Source: Methanothrix sp. (GTDB lineage: Archaea > Halobacteriota > Methanosarcinia > Methanotrichales > Methanotrichaceae). From it: a DNA stretch of 64,000 bases. The stretch is taken from contig OY821645.1 in assembly GCA_963682135.1 (NCBI GenBank), positions 1,728,001 through 1,792,000 on the forward strand. Reading direction: 5' to 3'. The notes under the pieces were generated by a model, which made no database searches, was not told the DNA's origin, and saw only the letters and a program-made list of their open reading frames with translations. A program made the position numbers and the translations under genes. Shown here in pieces: positions 57,661 through 64,000 of this stretch (position 1 is the first letter of the stretch; each line of letters begins with the position of its first letter).

Positions 57661-58770
57661 ATGAAGATCGCCTATGTTTACGACGCCGTCTACCCCTGGG
57701 TGAAAGGGGGGGCGGAAAAAAGGATCTATGAACTCTCCCGTCGTCTGGCGAAGCGAGGGCATGAGGTGCATTGCTACGGCATGAAATGGTGGACGGGAGA
57801 AGATGAGATCCTCAAAGACAACGTACACTTGCATGGCATCTGCCCGCCCATGCCCCTTTACAGTAACGGCAAGAGATCGATCTCCCAGGCAGCCTTTTTC
57901 GCGGGCAAGCTACTCTCCCTTCGTGTCGACTGCGATTTGATGGACTGCCAGAATTTCCCTTATCTATCCTGCTTTCCGGCAAAGTTGATCACCAGCCTTA
58001 GAGGTCAAAAGCTCTTCATCACCTGGCATGAGGTATGGGGCGATTACTGGCGCAGGTACCTGGGAGAGAAGGGCAGGGCCGGCCAAGCTGTCGAGTGGGC
58101 TGCTGCCCGGCTGACGGAAAAGAATATTGCGGTATCGGCGAGAACGCAAAGGGAACTATTGAGCCTGGGGGCCAGAAAGGTTGTGGTGGTGCCCAACGGC
58201 ATCGATTGGCAGGGAATAAATAGAGTTCATCCGTCGGCTAAAAAGTCAGATGTCATCTACGTGGGAAGGCTGGTCGAGCATAAGAACGTGGATCTACTCA
58301 TCAGGGCATTGGAGATAGTTAAAGCTGATATTCCTGATGTGAAGGCCCTGATAGTGGGCGATGGGCCAGAGATGGAAAAGCTAAAATCGCTGGTCCATGA
58401 AAAAGAACTGGAAAAAAATGTTGATTTTGGCGGATTTCTGGAGAATTACAATGAGGCTTTAGCTCTTATGAAATCCTCCCGCATATTCGCAGCCCCCTCC
58501 AGCAGAGAGGGCTTCGGCATGGCGGCTCTGGAGGCGAATGCCTGCGGGCTTCCTGTGGTCACCATTGAGCACAAAATGAATGCCGTGATGGATCTAATCA
58601 CTGGGGAGACGGGTGCGGTCTGCCAGCCAACAAAGCAGGCTCTCGCCGAGGAAATTTGCCGCATGCTGCCAAAGAAGGAAAAAATGCGAGGGCGGTGCAT
58701 AGAAGAGGCCAAGAAGTATGATTGGGAGAGGGCTTGCGACCGGGCGGAGAAGGCTTATGCGTTTCGATAG
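57661..58770 (+). CDS. GT4 glycosyltransferase
   Basis: GGAEKR, VVPNGID, YVGRLVEHKN, EGFGMAALEANACG. Confidence 0.95.
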   Translation: MKIAYVYDAVYPWVKGGAEKRIYELSRRLAKRGHEVHCYGMKWWTGEDEILKDNVHLHGICPPMPLYSNGKRSISQAAFFAGKLLSLRVDCDLMDCQNFPYLSCFPAKLITSLRGQKLFITWHEVWGDYWRRYLGEKGRAGQAVEWAAARLTEKNIAVSARTQRELLSLGARKVVVVPNGIDWQGINRVHPSAKKSDVIYVGRLVEHKNVDLLIRALEIVKADIPDVKALIVGDGPEMEKLKSLVHEKELEKNVDFGGFLENYNEALALMKSSRIFAAPSSREGFGMAALEANACGLPVVTIEHKMNAVMDLITGETGAVCQPTKQALAEEICRMLPKKEKMRGRCIEEAKKYDWERACDRAEKAYAFR

Positions 58771-58810
58771 ACTGATATAGAAGATCGCGAATTTTGAGGG
58801 ACAGATAATT

Positions 58811-59716
58811 ATGAGCACACTGATTACAGGCGGCGCAGGATTTATCGGATCCAATCTTGTTGAGGAACTCCTGAAAGCTGGCGAAGAGATTGTGGTCCTG
58901 GACAATATGCACACAGGAAGCCTTAGCAATCTGGACGGCCTGCAAGATGGACTAAAGCTTATCCAGGCAAGCTGCAACGACCTACCCAATATGGATCTTC
59001 ATCCGGAGAAGATCTACCATCTGGGCATTCCATCCTCATCGCCCATGTACAAAAAGAATCCGTACCTGGTAGGAGAAGCGCTAAATGGCTTTACGGCTGT
59101 ATTCGAGCTGGCCAGAAGAACTGGTGCGCGGGTGGTTTATGCATCTTCATCATCACTTTACAACGGCCTCTTGCCACCCCATCGAGAAGACATGACCATT
59201 CTGGTCGCAGACTACTACACGGAAGCCAGGCTGGCCATGGAGAGGATGGCAGAGCTTTACAGGCAGCTCTACAATGTTGACTCTGTGGGCATGAGGTTCT
59301 TCTCCGTTTATGGGCCGAAAGAAACGGCCAAGAAGCAATATGCAAACATGGTCACTCAGTTCCTCTGGGAAATGCAGGATGGAAAAGCACCCCTGATCTT
59401 CGGAGATGGCTTGCAGACAAGGGATTTCACCTACGTAAAGGACCTGATACGTGCCCTGCAACTGGCCATGAAGTCTGACTATCACGGAATTTTGAATGTA
59501 GGGACGGGAAAGGCTTACACATTCAATCAAACCGTAGAGATTTTAAACAAGAATATGCAATTGACCTTGAAGCCAAAATTTGTGGAGAATCCCATAAAGA
59601 ATTATGTTGCGCATACCCTTTCAGACACAACGAAGATGGAGAAAGTTCTCGGGTTTAAGGCAAGATACAATCTGGAAGAAGGGGTAAAAGAGCTTCTTAA
59701 ATTCTATGCAAAATAA
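58811..59716 (+). CDS. NAD-dependent epimerase/dehydratase
   Basis: TGGAGFIGS, YASSS, RFFSVYGP, GDGLQTRDF. Confidence 0.93.
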   Translation: MSTLITGGAGFIGSNLVEELLKAGEEIVVLDNMHTGSLSNLDGLQDGLKLIQASCNDLPNMDLHPEKIYHLGIPSSSPMYKKNPYLVGEALNGFTAVFELARRTGARVVYASSSSLYNGLLPPHREDMTILVADYYTEARLAMERMAELYRQLYNVDSVGMRFFSVYGPKETAKKQYANMVTQFLWEMQDGKAPLIFGDGLQTRDFTYVKDLIRALQLAMKSDYHGILNVGTGKAYTFNQTVEILNKNMQLTLKPKFVENPIKNYVAHTLSDTTKMEKVLGFKARYNLEEGVKELLKFYAK

Positions 59717-60968
59717 GGCGGCGATATCCTTGGATATGAAAGACAAAAATATTTTGATTACAGGAATCAGCGGATTCGTCGGGTCACGAATGGCTAAACG
59801 GCTGGTAGAGGAAGGCGCAAATGTCTTTGGCCTGCTACGCCGCCGGGCGGATGGCAAAGTGCCGCATAACATGTTGCGTCTGGGTCTGGGAAAAGAAGTT
59901 CGCCTGGTAGAAGGCGACCTGGAAAGCATATCGAGCATAGGAAGCGCCATCACTGCCAGCAATCCCGATATTATATTCCATCTCGCAGCCCAATCATTTG
60001 TGCCTCGATCTTTCGTCGATCCAAATGAGACCATGCTCAGTAATTGTTGGGGGACCTCGAATCTCCTGGAAGCAGTGAGAATCAAAGATGCCGATCCAAT
60101 AGTAGTATTCGCAGGGAGCAGCGAGGAGTACGGCTTGGTGCTCTCTTCTGAAGAGCAACACAAAAAGGCCTTGGAGAAATATGGTACAATATTTCCTGCA
60201 CCAGAACATATACCCGAAGTGCCCACCGCTGAGACAAATCCGCTCCGGCCCATGTCACCATATGCCGTAAGCAAAGTTTACGGCGATTTTCTGATGAGGA
60301 ATTACTGGTACTCTTATGGCGTTAAGACAGTTATCTCCAGAGCATTTAACCATGAGGGAGCAGGCAGAGGCAACATGTTCGTAACATCTGTTGCCACTGC
60401 CCAAGCTATGAAACTGAAGTTCGGAGAGCAGGAAACCATAACCATTGGAAACGTCAACGCTTTTCGCGACTGGAGCCATGTTGACGATGTCATAAACGGC
60501 TATCTTCTCCTGGCAAAAAAAGGCAAGTACGGAGATGTGTACAACCAGGGCTCCATGAGGACCAACTCCGTGATGAGCTATCTTCTCATGAGCCTTGAGG
60601 AAGCAGGCTATCCTGTCAGCAGGATTGAGACCATCAAGGGAGAGAAGGTTGTTGCAGAGCCTAACGAGCCGGACAATTCACCGATCTTCGGCCTTGATTT
60701 CGAGAAGACGAAGGTTGACGGCATGATGCTGCGAGGAGAGCTGGAGTTCACGATCGAGGACAAAGGAGTGAAGGCGCGATCTGGAGATAGAGAGATACAA
60801 ATCATCTTCAACCCAGAGAGGTTCCGACCGGCAGAAGTTCCCATACTGCTTTCTGACACGAAGAAGATAGAAGCACTGGGCTTTCAGAAAGAGCATACTG
60901 TGAGAGACATCATCAGAGATCAGCTTGATCACTACCTGGCTGAGAAGGAGCGCAAGGGGTCCTATTAA
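59706..60968 (+). CDS. gmd: GDP-mannose 4,6-dehydratase family (start may be ATG 59736)
   Basis: TGISGFVG, HLAAQSFV, SPYAVSK, FNHE, RDW, RFRPAEV. Confidence 0.88.
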   Translation: MQNKAAISLDMKDKNILITGISGFVGSRMAKRLVEEGANVFGLLRRRADGKVPHNMLRLGLGKEVRLVEGDLESISSIGSAITASNPDIIFHLAAQSFVPRSFVDPNETMLSNCWGTSNLLEAVRIKDADPIVVFAGSSEEYGLVLSSEEQHKKALEKYGTIFPAPEHIPEVPTAETNPLRPMSPYAVSKVYGDFLMRNYWYSYGVKTVISRAFNHEGAGRGNMFVTSVATAQAMKLKFGEQETITIGNVNAFRDWSHVDDVINGYLLLAKKGKYGDVYNQGSMRTNSVMSYLLMSLEEAGYPVSRIETIKGEKVVAEPNEPDNSPIFGLDFEKTKVDGMMLRGELEFTIEDKGVKARSGDREIQIIFNPERFRPAEVPILLSDTKKIEALGFQKEHTVRDIIRDQLDHYLAEKERKGSY

Positions 60969-60984
60969 AAGTAGCCATCTTCCT

Positions 60985-61616
60985 GGACTACATTGGAGCA
61001 ATCGGTGGGGGCGAAAGGGTGGCACTGATGCCGGCCCGCGCCCTGCAAGCAGATCTCCGCCTCGCTTTTATTCGCAGCAAGCGACTTTTCCCAGGAATAC
61101 TGTACGAAAAGTGCAAGGGATTGATCTCCAAAGACCTGCGGAAGTATAAGGATGCTGGCCGGAGACGTGCGGCAGATTTCGATTCGATACATCTATATTC
61201 CTGGAAAAGATGAAGAAAGCAAACACGCCCGTCTGGTACCTTCTGCGCAAGATCGTTTCCGCCAGATTTGAGGAGAGGGTTGGAGATGTGTATTGGTCAT
61301 TTACGATGTTTATCTTGTTTGCTTTCTTCATTTTATCCACAGCCCATGTGACGAAATTTAGCCTGGACGGATTCCAGCCGTAGAGGACGGATGTTCTGGC
61401 AATCACATAGTCCGTCAGGGTTCCCTGAACGAATCGCTCGCCTGCGGGCTTACTCTCCTCGTAGTAATTGATGGGCGAGGTTGGATATTCCTCTCTATAC
61501 CTGCCATGCTTACCGTCGAAAACGTAATCGGCGGAGACGTAGACCCGCTTAGCGCCGATATCACATGCAGCGGATGCGACATTTTTGGGCCCCAGGGCAT
61601 TAGTCCTCCATGCCCC
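60985..61616 (-). pseudogene. rfbD: dTDP-4-dehydrorhamnose reductase (RmlD/RfbD) pseudogene
   Basis: NALGPKNVA, YVSADYVFDG, PINYYEESK, ARTSVLYG, VNDQYTSPT; no start codon or Rossmann motif; 3' part degraded. Confidence 0.85.
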
Positions 61617-61688
61617 TTATCAATCATTGCGTCACCAATGGTAATTCGCACTGATTGATAGCTAATCGCTACCTAGCCATAACATGCA

Positions 61689-62597
61689 TCATTTTAGTTT
61701 AAATGCATACCTAAAGCCTAATAAGATATGAATGGATACAGTCAATATGCGATCTGCCAGGGCGATGGTCATACCGATTGTCGGGGGGACATTCTGCGCG
61801 GCCAGCATGACAGTCATGCCGCCTTCAATAAGTCCCAGTCCGGAGACAGTTATTGGGACAAGCGAAAGGGCGCTTAATAGAGGCTGCAAGAAGAAAAGCA
61901 CGTAAATCGGCACATCAAATCCGAATGCTTTTGCTATCAGAGAAGTTCTCAAAGCTTGAGTAAACCAGGCAATAATGGTTATAATAATTGATTTAATCAT
62001 TAGTCCAGATACATCATCGACAGAGTGCAACGCGATAATCATTGTGTTCGCGAATTCTTCAAGGCGCAACAGTCCCATTCGATTAATCACACGTTGCATA
62101 AATGCCCGATTGAGCCAAAAAATAAATAGTAATATCCCTATAAATAGTAGAAATGCCATTGCAGCCATAAGATGCCTGCCCGCTGATTGGTAGAGCAGAA
62201 AAAAGCCCAAGAAACCGAGAATAAAAACGGTGATAAGATCTGCGCATTTATCGATTGCCACTGAGGCAGCACCTCGGCCAATATCTATCCAATCCCTAAC
62301 TAAAAGCGGCCGGGATAGATCTCCAAGCTTTGCAGGCATAAAATCCGAGAGGAGAACTCCGGCTACGAAGGCCTGGTAGGCGACAGCCAACGGCAGGTCG
62401 GCTCTTAGTTGTAATAGTATTCTACGCCAACGGATGGATAAGATAAGCAAAGTTATGGGATAAACCAGAAGGGCCAAAGCAATATAGACAGGATTGGCAG
62501 AGATGAACACATCATAGGCTGCAAGCGGGTCGATTTTGCTTATTAGAAAAGCAATTATTACTAAGCCGATAACCAATCGGATTATGCCCTTATTCAA
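61689..62597 (-). CDS. Lysylphosphatidylglycerol synthase TM-domain (UPF0104) flippase-like protein
   Basis: RWRRIL, PAKLGDLSR, PITVSGLGLIEG, ADR. Confidence 0.9.
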   Translation of the reverse strand: MNKGIIRLVIGLVIIAFLISKIDPLAAYDVFISANPVYIALALLVYPITLLILSIRWRRILLQLRADLPLAVAYQAFVAGVLLSDFMPAKLGDLSRPLLVRDWIDIGRGAASVAIDKCADLITVFILGFLGFFLLYQSAGRHLMAAMAFLLFIGILLFIFWLNRAFMQRVINRMGLLRLEEFANTMIIALHSVDDVSGLMIKSIIITIIAWFTQALRTSLIAKAFGFDVPIYVLFFLQPLLSALSLVPITVSGLGLIEGGMTVMLAAQNVPPTIGMTIALADRILTVSIHILLGFRYAFKLK

Positions 62598-62768
62598 TAT
62601 TCTCAGGATTTAGCGCTCCTGTATTATCGCTTGCATTATCAGAATAGCAATTATCGATATAATCAATCCTTTGGGTGGACTGTCCAGTATTCTTCTGGCA
62701 ATAAGTTCAAGAATGCCTCATAACTTATCATAACTTAAAGATGATGTGACCGCGAATATCTCATGGTG

Positions 62769-64000
62769 ATGTGTACGATCCGAGAATTACTTATCACTTT
62801 GGTTGTCTTGGGCATAACCACGGCCTGCGCGACTGCGATCATCTTTCGTATAGCTCCCAAAGCAAGGTGGCTTACCAAGATGGCCCTCGCCTATGTTCTT
62901 GGATTTGCCGCAATCTCGCTTGGTGGTGTAGCAGCGGCCATGATCGACACTGAGCCACTTATATTTCAGTTGGCAGTCGTCCTGGCAGGATCACTGGCAT
63001 GTCTGCATGATAGAAAAATAATCATGAGCACCTGGCGCAATTCACTGGATCGCAGCGATTGGATCGTCCTTGCAATAGGATCTTTGTATATACTTATTCT
63101 GCTATTCTTCTTCGATCGTATCATAATTTGGATGGGGGGGGACGCCCTAGCTCATGCCGAGATAATACGCATGCTACTTGATGGACAGTCAGTTCCAGTA
63201 AGCATCCCGCCCCTGGGAAGCTACTGGGAGTATTACCCCAAAGGATTCCACTTTTATGCCTATCTCTGGGCGAGAGCTTTTCCCATTCTGGATGTAGTGC
63301 GGACCATTCCTATTCTGATAACGGCTGTAACCCCTATGCTGCTCTATTCGATAGTTAGGGAGCTGTACAGAAGAGATGAAGCAATAGCAATCTACGCCTT
63401 TGTCCTGGCCTGCTTTGTGTTCCCGGCTCATTACAGCAATCTTATCTGGGCGGGCTATCCCACGATTGCGGCGGAGATGATCCTGGTGGCAGCCGTTCTA
63501 TCAGTACTGGTGGATAAGAGGCTTCTGCCGATCTTGCTTCTGGGAGTTCTATTCACTCATGCGCGATTGCTGGTCATCACTGGCGGCGTATTGTTGGTCT
63601 GGCTGGCAGCGACCCGCAACAAGCGCGATATTCCGTATATCGCGACAGCCTTTGTCGCAATTATTGCGGCGGCCTGCCTGGTATTCCAGGCCCACAGACC
63701 GGAGTTCATCTTATCAATATTCACCAATCAGACTCTTGCCAGCGACTATGCAGCCCGCTGGTATCCGGCATTTCTGTCCCTCTTCGGGGCGGCCATTGCT
63801 TTGACCCGGCGCAACCGGCTCGATCGCCTGGCAATATCCTGGGCAATTGCTATGATCATTATGGTGCTCCTGGCGGATATGGGGCCGCTGACGTTTGTGG
63901 CTTCAGCTGATAGAGTGCTCCTTGGCATGTATCTGCCGTTGAGCCTTCTCGCAGCCTCTGCCATATCGAGGATGGAAGATTGCGAAGCAAAGGTCAGATC
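62769..64000 (+). CDS. Polytopic membrane protein, probable GT-C glycosyltransferase; runs off the window and is absent from the ORF track
   Basis: Open frame MCTIRELLITLVV...GGDALAH...YYPKGFHF...WAGYPT; many TM segments; lies in the glycosylation cluster. Confidence 0.75.
   Translation, partial: MCTIRELLITLVVLGITTACATAIIFRIAPKARWLTKMALAYVLGFAAISLGGVAAAMIDTEPLIFQLAVVLAGSLACLHDRKIIMSTWRNSLDRSDWIVLAIGSLYILILLFFFDRIIIWMGGDALAHAEIIRMLLDGQSVPVSIPPLGSYWEYYPKGFHFYAYLWARAFPILDVVRTIPILITAVTPMLLYSIVRELYRRDEAIAIYAFVLACFVFPAHYSNLIWAGYPTIAAEMILVAAVLSVLVDKRLLPILLLGVLFTHARLLVITGGVLLVWLAATRNKRDIPYIATAFVAIIAAACLVFQAHRPEFILSIFTNQTLASDYAARWYPAFLSLFGAAIALTRRNRLDRLAISWAIAMIIMVLLADMGPLTFVASADRVLLGMYLPLSLLAASAISRMEDCEAKVR

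Noticed and set aside
1-64000. Pyrrolysine/selenocysteine readthrough, inteins or programmed frameshifts
   Set aside because: The recognisable core genes are of normal length and uninterrupted; breaks occur only in decayed relics

Overview
Archaeal chromosomal window from a methanogen, most likely Methanothrix/Methanotrichaceae (inferred from AglB, archaeal PheS/PheT/AlaS, ABCE1, NOB1, GfcR, a SelB-like protein, Methanosarcinales-type beta-propeller repeats and GGTGA-type ribosome-binding sites). Housekeeping content: aglB, pheST, tRNA-Ser(GCT), alaS, pgk, pdxST, IMPase/NAD kinase, ABC, SSS and GntP transporters, two DUF1646 paralogs, trpDFEGC, and the start of a glycosylation cluster. Small, often lower-GC islets interrupt it: dinD, an HsdR-N nuclease plus DUF433/DUF5615 toxin-antitoxin pair, an IS21 istB relic, acylphosphatase-coiled-coil genes, HicAB and an ERCC4-like nuclease. 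No CRISPR array, rRNA or intact transposase/integrase was seen. Best candidates for something new: (1) a 36-codon uORF ending in IFGHLVFSFF with mutually exclusive RNA pairings directly upstream of pheST, resembling a PheM-type attenuator in an archaeon; (2) a secreted papain-like protease ending in a beta-arcade-like tail that resembles, from memory, the Methanothrix amyloid sheath-protein repeat; (3) an integrase-free cassette flanked by a 321-bp duplication of the alaS 3' end; (4) two unannotated tandem 29-30 aa transmembrane peptides, each with a canonical RBS. All family assignments come from motif recognition by eye; no searches or folding programs were run.
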